A stretch of DNA of 63,941 nucleotides, counting the filler, from Globobulimina sp. (taxonomy: Eukaryota), in assembly GCA_003354225.1 (NCBI GenBank). It is 11 parts of 11 records of this genome, joined end to end, with 100 filler letters (N's around TTAATTAATTAA, not from the genome) between each part and the next. Parts side by side here need not be neighbours in the genome. Positions count along the whole stretch, not along the records: positions 34,998 to 40,708 come from PIVH01000458.1; positions 40,809 to 46,518 come from PIVH01000459.1; positions 46,619 to 52,326 come from PIVH01000460.1; 8 more parts are not named here. One strand, given 5' to 3'. Position 1 is the first letter of the stretch; the number at the start of each line of letters is the position of its first letter. Both the position numbers and the translations under genes were made by a program. The notes under the pieces are model-generated. The model saw only the letters and a program-made list of their open reading frames with translations, did no database searches and was not told where the DNA came from. Below are positions 39,469 through 52,426 of the stretch, one piece after another.

Positions 39469-40480
39469 TTAGTAATTTCTTTGTGAATTATATCCACTGC
39501 CACCTCTAAATGACCCCCGTTCATATCCGCCATAATTCCTTTGTGAACGGTATCCACCACCTCTTAAATTATTATATCCGCCACCTTGTCCTTGTCCTTG
39601 TCTTGGTTGTGTACAATTCCGTGCAATATGACCTCCATTGCCACAATTAAAACATGCACCACGTCCTCTACCCCTCCATCCACCTCTTCCTCTCCCCCTC
39701 CCTCTCCCCCTTCCTCTGCCTCTGCCACCTCTGTAAGCACCTCTTCCTCGGTCATACCGAGCCACATCTTTTTCATCGACAGTAATATGATCTAAAGTGT
39801 CTCTATTATCTGACGGCGGTGCTAAATATTCGTGTCTATTTCTATCACCACTCCGGATATTATCCAATGTCTCTGGTTTATGACCATCTATTCCTATGCC
39901 GCCAGGCTTATTTGCTATATTCCACGCTTGCTCATCATGCATGTTCTCCTCACTCCTTATATATTATAGACATTTATAGTACAAATTAGAAAAATAAATT
40001 ATTGCAATTCTTTTATAAGATATATATATATAAAATCGAGAATTGTAGCAATTTATTTTTCTACCATGGATTCCATGCATTCTTTGTAAATTTATGATGA
40101 AATAATTCAGGGAAACCTCCCTGATATTGATTGCGATTTCGATTTTGATTCTGATTCCCTTGGTATTGGTTACGATTATTATTTTGATTTTGATTGCGTT
40201 GATCATATCCATTCGTATATCCATTGTTATGTCCATTATTATTATTATTGTTATTGTTATTGTCTTGATTATTATTACGCTGATTATTGTTATATCCATC
40301 ATTATTGGTACTATATCTGTGTTGGTCTAAATTGTAATTTGTAATACAATACAAATTATGAAATAATGTAATAAGAAATGTGTATTTTCGTACCATGCCG
40401 AGGAGTGTAATTATTCCGATCGCGATTACGAGACATATCATGATCATCATCTTCATCCTCATCTGAATATACAACATTAT
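39469..40480 (-). CDS. N/Q-rich, RGG-rich CCHC zinc-knuckle RNA-binding protein (multi-exon, 5' end unclear)
   Basis: CFNCGNGGHIARNC, RGRG/RGG repeats, upstream NQ-rich exon. Confidence 0.75.
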
Positions 40481-40499
40481 CACTACATACTAAATATCA

Positions 40500-40630
40500 T
40501 TATATACAGTATACATATACAATATACATATACAATATACAGTATACAATATACAATATACAATATACAGTATACATCGATATACAATAAATATATACAA
40601 ATAATAATATACAATATACAATATACAAAT
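40500..40630. repeat. Degenerate (TATACAA/G)n microsatellite
   Basis: Repeated tatacaa and tatacag units. Confidence 0.8.
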
Positions 40631-40808
40631 AACTTAACAGCTACTCCTAAGTCCTAACACACATAATATAATAGGCAAATATTTAATTATGCTCTGTTTG
40701 ATGCACAGNNNNNNNNNNNNNNNNNNNNNNNNNNNNNNNNNNNNNNNNNNNNTTAATTAATTAANNNNNNNNNNNNNNNNNNNNNNNNNNNNNNNNNNNN
40801 NNNNNNNN

Positions 40809-41499
40809 ATTTGCAATGTCAACAGAAACGATTTACATTTCGTTGCCAAATCTTATACAAATTTTATATTTTACCTAAAGCAGTAACGAGAGCAACCCAT
40901 ATAACATCACATGCACTCAAAACACCATTTTCTGCATTGAAATATGAATAAGTATGCGAATGAATGAGTATTATAGCCAACATGGAGATGTTTATAATTA
41001 ATAAGATATATCCTCGGACTGTCGAACCAAACCAAGTTTTGATACTTTGCAAGTCAGCCGTGGCAAAGGAGAATCTGGTCCGCGATAATGATATACACAT
41101 AAAATAATAACAGCAAAACATATAAATAAAAAATGATAAAGATTCAGCGACATAGCACGCATCGTAAGTTGATGCGAAAAATGAAGTACAATATTCATTG
41201 CTAAATAAAAATTGACCGCAGAAACAAATGAAAATAGCGAATGCTAAAAAAAGTGGCGCAGCCTTTTGATAGCCTTTATCGTCCAACATTATGGAGATTA
41301 AAAACAATGCACAACCTGTAATCGATGATAAAAATGAAAATATTAATATGTCTAAGCCTAACGGGACTTCACCATTAGGATATTTACTAATACATAACGG
41401 AAGCCATAAAATCGAATATAATAAAATCGAGACACAGACAAATATTTCTTGCATTGTGTTTCCTTTGGTTGTTGCACTTGCTCTTGTTGACGACAGCAT
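40809..41499 (-). CDS. Multi-pass membrane protein (probably 3' truncated)
   Basis: Six hydrophobic segments. Confidence 0.55.
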
Positions 41500-41635
41500 G
41501 GTTGACGGGGTTTTTTGTTTAACGTTTTTTGAAAAATACTTATCGAGCCTCGGTAGTTTGTATTTTCAACTGACTGTATTTCATTAAAATTAAGCTTTCA
41601 TCAAGATTTTAAATTAAATTAATGGCGATCAACAG

Positions 41636-42658
41636 TTATTGATACGTCTGAATGTGTAGAATGTGGATTTTAATCCTGAAGGACAAACTATTCTTATTTT
41701 TCAATGATGAGTGTGAGAACATCATTCTTCCCCAACCATCTGCACCATCCATATCCAACGAAAAGCTATTTTCACCCTTCTCTTGTATACTAAATGTCTG
41801 CTCACCAAACAGTTTGGTTGTGAAACACGCTTTTATTTCAAAGGCGATTCGCATAGATTTCATTCGAAACGGCATCCTGATTAATTGTAGAAATAACCAT
41901 AAATTGCCACGAGTGCTAGCATTAAATCCAAATGGCGCACATCTTAGCATCCAACAATTGTGATAAATGGTATCACTGTAATATAATTTATGACTGTTTG
42001 CGTTTTTAAAATTAATGAATAATTCCGTGCTGATATCCCACTCGAACTCACAGTTATATTTACATCCAATAATACTTACAATATCATTTGTTTTCAACTG
42101 CAACGACTTATATTCAACATGAAGGATATCAGTAACACATTCAATCTGTATCGAACTGAATTTTTTCCTCTTAATTTTATTTAATTTAATTGCATTGCTC
42201 CACCCATGACATTTGTTGCTGCCATCCAGATGATAACAAACCGTTTTTATATATTCATAATTGAGTTGTTTCAAAAATAAAACAAATGAAAGTGTTACAT
42301 TTTTCAAAAATGGCGGAAATTTAAGCACTTCAAAATAGCACATTACATATCCTTTATCTGTATAATTCCAACCATTTGGCGATAATGTCAATTGACATAA
42401 CATTCCAGGGATTGGCGCAAACGAGGGACCATACATTGTGTCTTGCAGTTTGCAACGCAAAAATCGTTGAAGATTGTTATTTTTATCTTGTTGGATGTTG
42501 TTAATTAGCCAACATACGCCGTTATCATAAAATGTAAAAACTAGTTTAACAATGTCCAATGGGATAAAATCAAGCTTACGATATCGTCGAAGGTATCCAA
42601 AGGTTATCAGTTCTCTGTTTCGCTTTTCTCTTTGTGCAGTTAGATGACCTGACCACAT
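41636..42658 (-). CDS. Tandem MATH/TRAF-like domain protein with an N-terminal GYLR...IPLDIV motif
   Basis: Two repeats (LTLSPNG..GYVMCY and LRCAPFG..GNLWLFL), each with a GW motif. Confidence 0.6.
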   Translation of the reverse strand: MWSGHLTAQREKRNRELITFGYLRRYRKLDFIPLDIVKLVFTFYDNGVCWLINNIQQDKNNNLQRFLRCKLQDTMYGPSFAPIPGMLCQLTLSPNGWNYTDKGYVMCYFEVLKFPPFLKNVTLSFVLFLKQLNYEYIKTVCYHLDGSNKCHGWSNAIKLNKIKRKKFSSIQIECVTDILHVEYKSLQLKTNDIVSIIGCKYNCEFEWDISTELFINFKNANSHKLYYSDTIYHNCWMLRCAPFGFNASTRGNLWLFLQLIRMPFRMKSMRIAFEIKACFTTKLFGEQTFSIQEKGENSFSLDMDGADGWGRMMFSHSSLKNKNSLSFRIKIHILHIQTYQ

Positions 42659-42775
42659 GTTTTTTGATGAATATGAATCAAAATTACAAAACGTTTTCAG
42701 TCATGTTTTTTGAAACAGATAATTTCTCAACAAATGGTTTGATGCATTGTATTTTAGAAAATGATATGAAAGCAT

Positions 42776-43284
42776 TTGAGCATATTCTTGACAAATACGG
42801 TCAATGATTTTGTTTCCATTTATTGCTCAGTCGAAATGTGTATGTTAGTGCAACAATATAAAAACTTAAGAGAGTACAAGACCCTGGAAGACGGCTGGAA
42901 CCCTTGGGAAAAAGAGGGAAGCTCAAAAAATCCCATGCTCAAAAAATTCGCTTTTCCCAACGGGATAAACAAATACAGAAAAGAGATGTTATTCAATATC
43001 GTAATATATTTATTACAGAGCATATTGCGAAAGATGTGGTGAATGAAATTGTATCTTTTTTGTTAGGAACAGATATTATGACAGAAACTAAAAATGAAGA
43101 AAATGAAGATGAAGAAACATTATTTGATGAATTGGAACAACACAAAGCAATGAATTCGGATCTATATGCTCGGACTCATTGGAAATGTTATTCAATGAAT
43201 AGAACTGAAAGTAGTGCCAATAATTTATTTGCAATTGAAGAGAGATTACCAATTATTACATGCTTCTCAATGATATTTCTTTAA
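42776..43284 (+). CDS. Small unknown protein or fragment (overlapping ORFs)
   Basis: Basic N-terminus and acidic segment; structure unclear. Confidence 0.3.
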
Positions 43285-43356
43285 AATTGATTTTGTGTGA
43301 CTTAATTTGAATTGATTTTTGTTTTTCACATTATTGTTAACAGTTTTTAGATTATC

Positions 43357-44955
43357 ATGCATATGGACGCTGTGGATATAGCAGCAATTATATTAATCAT
43401 AATTAGCTGTACTATATTCGTTCCAATATTGCTATATTCATTGTACAGATTTCATAATATTGCTGATACCGAATTTGTAAAAAATAGAATTCGAAATATT
43501 GCCTACACCATTAATATACTCACTATATTTTCTTTTTTATCTGAAAGAATATATGCAATTTGTGTGGAGGTGCTTTATAACGGAAACAATGTATTTCCAA
43601 TGTGGACAGTTCATATTGGTGTTAATTTAATTGTTGTGACAGTTTATGTATTATGTGTAATTCGTACGTGGTTATTGTATTATAACCGAAATTATCATAT
43701 CAAAATAGTTGAAAACGTCTGGAAAAAGGATATTAATTCAAATGAAATTTCATGGTTTATACGTAACAGAAATAAATATGGTTCATTCAGATATATATTT
43801 ACGAGGATTGCATTCATCCCATCCATAATATTTATATTTATTGAGATGAGCACTGATATAATAATTGGCGAAGGTATACACGATCATATATTAAATATAT
43901 CATTGCCATTAACCGTATATATCGCATCCTTTATATTATATTATAAAATATCAGACTTTGATGATGCATTTAATCTTCGTAAAGAAATATATTATCAATG
44001 TATTACCTTTTTTGCTGTAATGTGTGCAGAAATAATTGATTTAACAGTGTTTTGTATTGTTGATGCAGTGCAACATCATAGCCATCACTCTCATCATGAT
44101 TTAGAAAGAGTGGAATGGTTAATTTCTGCATCTATCACATATGTCACATTATTTGCAGTATCATTAAGTTTTGTTCTGTCCTCATACGACTCTGATTTTT
44201 TTTATGTACTTTTGTATCTGACTTATATTTTTATTTTGATATCAGTTTCCACTGCATATCCAGTGTACTTTTCCATGAAAACGAATCAAGAAAAGAAACT
44301 GCAGCACGCTGCTAAGCAAAATAATAATTTTTCAATGTTGGAAGCAATTTGCAGTATGGATGGATATAAATTATTTATCACTCATTTAGTGAATCATTTT
44401 GCGACAGAAAATTTATTATTTATTACTGAACTGATTCAAATTAAATATAATTTCCAAATTAAACATAATAACATAATAAAAACAGTACAGAAAAGCGCTG
44501 ATTTAGCTACAAATGATTGCGACGTAGGATGTTTTATCATTGATTTTAATGAAAATGATGGAAGTACGGAAATTGAAGCTGATGCTGGTGCTCTTGCAAT
44601 ATATGTGGTTGGTGGTGCAATCGAAAAAGGTGTGACGTTTTCAGGTATTTTTGATTCGGAGAATAGGTTGGTTTGCAAAATTAATTTACCATTAAAATTA
44701 CCACAAAGTAAAATATTATCTGAATATAACAGTTTTATTGATCAAATGGATTGTTTATTCAATAAATATGTCAATGTTGACAGTAAATATGAAATAAATA
44801 TATCCGGACCAACCAGAAGTTTGTTAATCAAAATATTTGACAATATAAAAAATATTAAATGTAAAGAAAACTATTTGTTTAATATTATGGACGATGCATG
44901 TATGGAAATATTAGAATTATGCGATAGTTTATATCTGACATTAAAAAAAAATTAA
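43357..44955 (+). CDS. 7TM-RGS protein (GPCR-like domain fused to an RGS domain)
   Basis: About 7 TM segments, then F..HL..HFATENLLF and YEINISGPTR RGS motifs. Confidence 0.8.
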   Translation: MHMDAVDIAAIILIIISCTIFVPILLYSLYRFHNIADTEFVKNRIRNIAYTINILTIFSFLSERIYAICVEVLYNGNNVFPMWTVHIGVNLIVVTVYVLCVIRTWLLYYNRNYHIKIVENVWKKDINSNEISWFIRNRNKYGSFRYIFTRIAFIPSIIFIFIEMSTDIIIGEGIHDHILNISLPLTVYIASFILYYKISDFDDAFNLRKEIYYQCITFFAVMCAEIIDLTVFCIVDAVQHHSHHSHHDLERVEWLISASITYVTLFAVSLSFVLSSYDSDFFYVLLYLTYIFILISVSTAYPVYFSMKTNQEKKLQHAAKQNNNFSMLEAICSMDGYKLFITHLVNHFATENLLFITELIQIKYNFQIKHNNIIKTVQKSADLATNDCDVGCFIIDFNENDGSTEIEADAGALAIYVVGGAIEKGVTFSGIFDSENRLVCKINLPLKLPQSKILSEYNSFIDQMDCLFNKYVNVDSKYEINISGPTRSLLIKIFDNIKNIKCKENYLFNIMDDACMEILELCDSLYLTLKKN

Positions 44956-45312
44956 AACTAATATTCACGTGTTATAATCTAATGTTGTATCTTTTTTCTA
45001 TATATATTGTGTTTGGTATGCCACGTATTATATATATTTTTTTTTTGGTTCACTTATTATTAATTTAGTCTCAAAGGCGGTTTGGTGACAGTACAATTAT
45101 ACCATATTACACCTATAATTATACTGTTACATTTTTTTCTGACATTTTTTTTTGAGTATAATTATATTCATTATACCTACAATTATATTTATTATATTCA
45201 TAATTGCACTCGTTGCTCGACTGCTCGTTACACTCTGTATTTATATTTGATGACCTGACCACATATTTTTTGATGAGTATGATTCAAAATTAAAAAAAAA
45301 ACGTTTTCAGTC

Positions 45313-46518
45313 ATGTCACTTTCATGGCAACAAACTCTACTTCTCCTATTTGCTATATTCAACTGTAATATCATTTTTAAATGTGAAAGTGTAGAAGCAG
45401 TTGCTGAATGTAGAGACAATGAGTGTACAGAAATGAATAACGAATGCACCGACCATAATGAATTATGTCCCTACTGGGCAGCTATCCATCAATGCCAACG
45501 TAATCACACGTTTATGTTACATGAATGTCCCGTATCGTGTGATTCATGCAATGATATGAATTATAATGAATTATCCATTGGCTGTCCTAAAAAATATCCA
45601 GATTGTGAGTCTTGTTCTGATACACTATCATTTGCCACAAAGTGTCCGCTTTACAAACAAAAAGCAGCATGCAACAAATATCCTGGATATATGATGATTC
45701 ATTGTGCAAAAACATGTAAATATTGTCATTTGCAAAGTAACTATGATTTACGTTGTCCAAAAAACCAGAAACAAATGCAAGAAACGCGTATATTTGCAGC
45801 CAGCGGAGATTTAAATACATTCTTCGAAAATATAGTGTCTACCTACAATATGCATAAAAATCTCACTGAACAGCGTGACGACGGAGTGCTTGAATGGGAG
45901 TTAGAGATTTTGTCAACCGATCCGTGGGTGTTGCGGTTTGATAATTTTTTCACTGAATTGGAGGCCAAAGGCATTATCGAAGCGGCGGGAAAGTTTGAAC
46001 GGTCCACAGATGTGGGAAAAAAGGATAACACCGGACATTTTGCTAAAATTACATCAAAGTCCAGAACTAGTTCGAATGCTTGGTGCCATGAACGGTGTTG
46101 GCGTCATCCAATGGTACAAAGGGTCATGACCCGTACTGAGGGATTGTTGAATATTTCAATGGATAACTCCGAACATTTACAGATATTACAATATGAAGAA
46201 GGTGAATTTTATGCAACGCATAACGATTATATACCAAATCAAGTTGCAATGTCATGTGGTCCGCGTGTGTTGACCTGGTATATGTATTTGAATGATGTCG
46301 AAGAAGGCGGACATACCGCGTTTCCGAAATTGAACTTGTCAAATCCGCCAAAATTGGGTAGAGTTATATTGTGGCCATCTGTTTTGGATTCAGATCCAAT
46401 GAAAGTTGATCGGAGAACGGTTCATACTGCGTTGCCGGTAAAAAAGGGTGTAAAGTATGGTGCAAATGCTTGGATTCATACGTATGACTTCCAAACGCCT
46501 AATTTGTGGTCGTGTACA
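45313..46518 (+). CDS. ShK-domain prolyl 4-hydroxylase (2OG-Fe(II) oxygenase)
   Basis: Signal peptide, ShKT repeats (CPYWA..QC..N..FM...CP.SC), RTSSNAW, HND, YLNDVEEGG.T.F, HTALPV..G.K. Confidence 0.9.
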
Positions 46519-46618
46519 NNNNNNNNNNNNNNNNNNNNNNNNNNNNNNNNNNNNNNNNNNNNTTAATTAATTAANNNNNNNNNNNNNNNNNNNNNNNNNN
46601 NNNNNNNNNNNNNNNNNN

Positions 46619-47146
46619 TCGTATGGCAGTAATAATAAACCAGATTTGACTGGCTTTATTTGTTTGAAAGTTTATTTGTTTTTTGTTTATGATCTGACAG
46701 TTAGCAGTCAGATATTGCTCACTATCCTTGCACAGAAGCAAATCACCAACAAAACTAATATGTTTTGGTGGCACATAAATAGCGTTTGCCGAGGTGTTCG
46801 ATATGATCATGAAAAAAGAAAAAAACTTTTCAAACAGCAAGAAATTTGCAGTACATATCGGAAAGCCCTAATAATGGCAGAGATTGAACAAAAAATACAG
46901 AACAAAGAACAACAAGTAGATATTGACACAGATTCAGATTCAGAAAATTCACAAAAGGCGTTAAAATTGCCAGCAAATGTAAAGGATGCAAATAAGTGTT
47001 GGCGCTGTCAAACAAATGGAATTCAGTATGCGTGTTTGCCATGTAATTGTTCTATTTATTGCAGGAAATGTGCAATGAAAATGGCAACAGGAGGTAAATG
47101 CAAAAAATGTGGATCGATGTTTGTTGAATTGAGAAGAATCAAATGA
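46619..47146 (+). CDS. RING-finger (C3HC4_3-like) protein, C-terminal fragment
   Basis: CWRC...CLPCNC..YCRKC...CKKC. Confidence 0.7.
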   Translation, partial: SYGSNNKPDLTGFICLKVYLFFVYDLTVSSQILLTILAQKQITNKTNMFWWHINSVCRGVRYDHEKRKKLFKQQEICSTYRKALIMAEIEQKIQNKEQQVDIDTDSDSENSQKALKLPANVKDANKCWRCQTNGIQYACLPCNCSIYCRKCAMKMATGGKCKKCGSMFVELRRIK

Positions 47147-47269
47147 TTAAAAGTCAATGTGCCTTTAACTGACTTCTAAGCAATGTCACTAATTCAGTTT
47201 ATTTTTTCCGTCTCGGCAGCAATCCATATTTAAGAGAAAAAAATCTCGCACTAACTACACTTGCCAACC

Positions 47270-48633
47270 ATGTCGCAAATGAACAGAGGAGAAGCAATAC
47301 GATGCATACAAATCGCAAAAAAATGCATCAAACAAAACAAATTAGCCAAAGCTGAAAAATTCCTAAATAAATCCTTACGAATGTATGATACTGTTGAAGC
47401 CAAACAATTACTCGCTTCACTAACAAATCCCCAGACAACACCAACCGCCACACCAAGCCACCTACCAACACCAACACAAAATAACAATGCTAACACTCAA
47501 AGCAATCCAACGCCACCACAATCACCCCGACCCACTCTGAACCGCAACACAACAGCCAACGCATCCACGTCCTCCATAGGCTCAACCTCGCGAATGTCCA
47601 AAGACGAAGAAGTGGCAATGGTTCGCCAAATATTACGCAGCAAGGATTTCTATAAAATCCTGGGTGTGCCCCATGACGCGGACGAGAAACAGTTGAAAAA
47701 AGCATACAGAAAAAAGGCACTAAAATGCCATCCGGATCGCAACAAAGCACCAGGTCTGGACCTAAAACACCAACATTTCTGCTCTGCGAATTTGCGCACA
47801 CATCATACCATATCCACATAGGCGCTGACGAGGCCTTTAAAAAGCTATCCAAAGCCTATGATATCTTGCGGGATGCCGGGAAGAAAGAAATATACGACAA
47901 ATACGGCGAAGACTCGCCACAAATGCGGCAAAATGGCCGTGGCGCGCAATTCCAACAAATGACCCCCGATGACATTATCCGCATGTTTTTCGGCGGCGAC
48001 TTTGGTGGTGGCCAGGCTCATGGTTTTCATTTTCGTTCTGGTTTCCCGCAACAAAGACGGAGAGCACAAGGCGAAGGCAACGGGGAAGGAGCGCCAATGG
48101 GCCATATTATGCAGTTATTGCCCATCATCTTGGTCTTTTTCACCATGATCTTGCCTTCGTTGATCATCTTTGGTGGTTCCTCATCGAGCAATACCTCCTC
48201 CACCTCCTCCTCCTCCTCCTCTTATGGCAGTGGTAGCAGCGGCGGTTTGTTTGGTCGCTCGTCGCACGGCGGAATGCAGAATGTCTATTTTAGTTTGGAT
48301 CAAAAGCATCCCTTCACTCTGGAAAAGAAAACGGATCGGCTGAAGACGAGCTATTTCGTGCAACCGTCGCGAAGGGGAACGTGGGGGTATCAGCGGCATA
48401 AGTCGCCGCGATTGGAGCAGGAAGTTGAAAATGCGTATTTGACAAAGTTGATTGGCGACTGTGAGGAGCAGAGAAGGAAAGAAAACGATCGGATTGAACG
48501 TATACAGTCGAACCAAATTAATCATAAAACGAGACAAAAGTTATTGAAGCGATTAATGAAAAATAAAAGGAAATTGGAGGAATGGGATAATAAGCAATGT
48601 AATAAACTCTTTCAATATGTTGAAGAATTGTGA
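47270..48633 (+). CDS. DNAJB12: ER J-domain protein of the DNAJB12/14 type
   Basis: N-terminal EAIRCIQIA helix, J domain with HPD, intron 47754-47821, TM, DUF1977-like C-terminus. Confidence 0.85.
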
Positions 48634-48850
48634 GCGTTGATAGCTAGCGTTTTTTTTATTGCAAATTCGAATTTCAAACAATGTTTTTTTTTGTGGATGT
48701 TTTTAACTCTTTCTTTCTGAATGGCATGTTTTAGGTTAAAAAAAATAGATGTTACGGTAGTAACATTGACCTAATATTAATTGTTTGGGTGATATTATAT
48801 ATATACTATAGTATAGAATATATTTATTCAAAGTTTAGAATGATGAACGT

Positions 48851-50185
48851 TTATGCTTCTACAATAATGAGTGTTGTACTATCACCAGCAACCACTCTTA
48901 ATATTCGTTTCCCCGCTAAGATAGCAACTTCATCATTGGTCAACACACGCGGCTTTTTAACATGTAACGTTTCCATAGAAGGACTGCATTGCGAATATTG
49001 ATTCGCTCCAAAAGCAATTACTTCATTATTCTGAGTTAATAATATTGTATGAGCACTGCCGCAACTTCCTTGTTCAATTAATACATCCTTAAATGTTTTG
49101 TTCGCTGTTTGAAACACGTTGATCACAAACGGTTTGCTTGGTTCATGTACCTGATAACTCGAATTGTCTCCAAATAAATATGCGATATGTTGCGAATCAA
49201 TGCATAAAGAATGGTGACTCTTTGTATGTATAAATACAATCTCTTTATCTTTGAAATATGAATGCAATGCTGGACGTTTAATAGTTGACACATTCGCAAT
49301 GCCACAGTTATTTGCTGAATTCTTGCCAAATACATATAACTTATTGCTGTCAGAAACACACAAACAATGATAACTGCCGACTTTGATTTGTGTAATAACA
49401 GCATTGCATTCCAGAGGAGTTATTTCCGTGATTTTTTCTTGTGCAGTATTTATGCCGCATTGATTATGTGTATTATCCCCCCACGCAAACATGGTACCTT
49501 TCTCATTCAAACACAAAACGTGCGTCGAAGAGCATTCGATTTGAATGATGTTACCAAAGTTTGCTGGCAATTTAAGATTGATTTTTACTGCTTTTTTGTA
49601 GCTATATTCTGTAGCACCATTTCCAAATTGTCCACACGAGTTAATGCCGGTTGCGTACATTAGACCGTTTATGCAAAAAACCATTGTATTTGAACCACTA
49701 CCAACAACCGAGGATGATATGTAATTGTCAGGCAACTCTATATTTTGCATATCAATCTCCAATAAATGTGAAAGTTTTTGGGAATAATTGGTGCCACAAT
49801 CACCGTTATAATTATTGCCGAGTGAAAAAATCTTATTTTCGTTTGTTTTTATTGTGAATCTATGAAAACCAGTGTATAAATGTTTTGGGTCAAACAAATG
49901 ATCAGAAAATGTTGATAATTTTGTAAATGAAGTGAATGTGCTTCCTCTGCCCAATTCATTATAACTATTAGATCCAATCCCATACACTTCACCTAAAAAA
50001 TAGTATAGCTCTGCAATGTTCTAAAGAAATGAACGTGGATTTATAACAGAACATTAACATCGTCGGGGATAGAATAAATAAATGATATGTTTGATTGGAT
50101 TGGGAATATTAGACGATAAATTATTTGCTGTTTCTTCTTGACGAATATAGCCAGAGATCAGCAAAATGCATCTTTTTGAGAACAT
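48851..50185 (-). CDS. RCC1-repeat protein with an N-terminal LISGYIR...IPNPI motif
   Basis: Exon 1 MFSKRCILLISGYIRQ..., one intron near 49993-50059, multiple GxNxxGQ repeats. Confidence 0.8.
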
Positions 50186-50233
50186 GTTGAGTTGCCTTGA
50201 TAGCTAGGCTTTTTTAAAAAACTCTGATTGTTA

Positions 50234-51647
50234 ATGTCGCACACTAAGAAAAGGCGGCATAGAAGTATGGAGATGTGCAGACATAATAGAAAAAAAAGCC
50301 AACAAAAAGCGAAAGAAACGAAAGAATTACTGAAATTAAGCAACAATGAATTGATCAAATTGTGTAAACAATTCAAAGTGACCTATGTTAAGAATAGAAA
50401 GAAGGAAATGGTGGATAAAATATTCGAAGCTAAGAAAAAAAAGAGTAAAAAAAATAAAAAAAGAAGGAAAGTGAAGAGACTTTCATTAACACTCAATACT
50501 GACCAATTGGAGGAATTTAAACAGGAAGCAATGAATTCGCAACAGACAACAAATAATTCATTGCTACAATCAATAACCACAGAAATGTATGCCTCATTTT
50601 TGACGCCTCTTGACGAGAGCAACGAAAATAAGTCACCAGAAACTCAACATAAAAACAATCAACGCCAGAAACCAAAAACTAATACCCATAAAAAGCGTAA
50701 AAAATCAATAATTGCTCTAATTGCTCATGCTCCAAAGCTGGATTATCCCATCCCTGATATGCATGGTTTTGATACAGTCAAAGATATCAAAGATGCGTTA
50801 CCCGTCGATGCTAAACCAGATCAATGCAAACTATTTTATGGTGGCAAGGAATTGGATGATAACCAAACAATCGCACTGTTACAAATTGCGGATGGGTCTG
50901 AACTCAATGTATTGTTAAGTTGGAAATATTTCAAACCAGATCCAACTGCGGCACATCCAAAAACAATGGAACATAGACATGTATGTACAGTATGTACATT
51001 GTATACGATAATATTTTGAAAACGAGTTTATGTTGTTTTAGTATAACAAAGTCGCAGAATTGAAACGATTACATAATTTGGATACATTTAGTATATTAGT
51101 GATTGGCATACAGAGAAAATGTAACAACGGTGATGTGATTATTGAGTTGGCTGAGAATACACAAAGGATATTGCAGCAATATTGTATCTGTTTAAGTGGA
51201 GATAGAACATATGATAGGAAATGGACTAAATTGCATTCGCTTTGTTATGATTATCAAAATGATATAGGAATGGAAATGATGGTGGATTTATTGAAGAAAC
51301 ATAATCTTGACACTGATAAAAAGGAGAGTCTTTACATTGATGCTTGGCCGCATTCTGGCTATGATACACCATTGAAAATGGCAATAAAGAGAGCAAATCC
51401 TAAAGAGGCACCAAAGGATATCGAAGAAGCGAAAATGAATGAAATTAATGCCAAAGCCGCAGTTGAGTTGGTTGAATTTTTAGTGCTTAATGGAGCGAGA
51501 AGAAGGATTGGTTTGATATTGACCAATTTAGAAAGAACAGGTGATGACGATCATACATATCCATTTATGGCTGAACAGATTAGAGATAAATTAATAGCTA
51601 TACTCAAGCCATATGAGGGGGAAGATCCCTGGAAACCAGCAACATAA
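50234..51647 (+). CDS. Basic protein with a ubiquitin-like domain (2 exons)
   Basis: TVKDIK...QCKLFYGGKELDD.QTI...I.DGS ubiquitin-like motif; SAP-like N-terminal helix pair. Confidence 0.6.
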
Positions 51648-52046
51648 CCAACTGCAACATATATATACTGATTTAATTCTAAATTGTGAATGAATCAGGT
51701 AATATGCTATAATTATATACTAATACTACCGTAATAGCGTATTTTGTGTTTTTAAAATAATATTTATTAATTTTGTGTTTTTTTTTGTAATATATAAATT
51801 ATATCATTTTGAAAAGAGTTTGTTTTTGTTGTATCGTTATTAGTGGAGATTGTCAAAGCAGTTTCTGGAAACGATCTATCATAGTTATCTCGATATATCG
51901 AGATATATATGTGATACAGATGAGATATAACGAGATACATTGAGATGTATCTGTATATATCATATGTATCGAGATATGTCGTTTTCAGAAATTTCTTTGG
52001 GAGATTGTCGTGGTTTTTATCATAGTCGTTTTTTATAAGTAAAAGC

Positions 52047-52326
52047 ATGTCAACAAAAAATGTTAACATTAATTCAAACAATTCCAAAAAGAATAGAACA
52101 AAATATCAAAAGAAAAAACGAACAAACAGTGATGCATATTTGAGGAAAAAGTCAGCTGCAAAACTAGCGAAAGACACCAAGCAATTAAAAAAAATGTCCA
52201 GGAAAAGTATCATCAGACACTGTAAACAATACAATCTCCCATTTGATGGAAATAAAGACAAAGCCATACGCGCAATATATAATAAAAAGAAAAAACAAAG
52301 CAAAAAGAAAAAGAAAAAAAAATACA
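52047..52326 (+). CDS. N-terminal fragment paralogous to the gene at 50234
   Basis: AKDTKQLKKMS...CKQY compared with AKETKELLKLS...CKQF. Confidence 0.55.
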
Positions 52327-52426
52327 NNNNNNNNNNNNNNNNNNNNNNNNNNNNNNNNNNNNNNNNNNNNTTAATTAATTAANNNNNNNNNNNNNNNNNN
52401 NNNNNNNNNNNNNNNNNNNNNNNNNN

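Larger units (their letters stand above)
42643..45316. promoter_or_regulatory. Duplicated bidirectional promoter segment of about 65 bp (copies at 42643-42706 and 45249-45316)
   Basis: gatgacctgaccacat...ttttgatga.tatga.tcaaaatta...aaaacgttttcagtcatgt occurs twice, each time with a divergent ATG at both ends. Confidence 0.7.

Noticed and set aside
51767-52087. Minus-strand 106-aa ORF
   Set aside because: Low-complexity gatata-rich sequence with no protein-like features.
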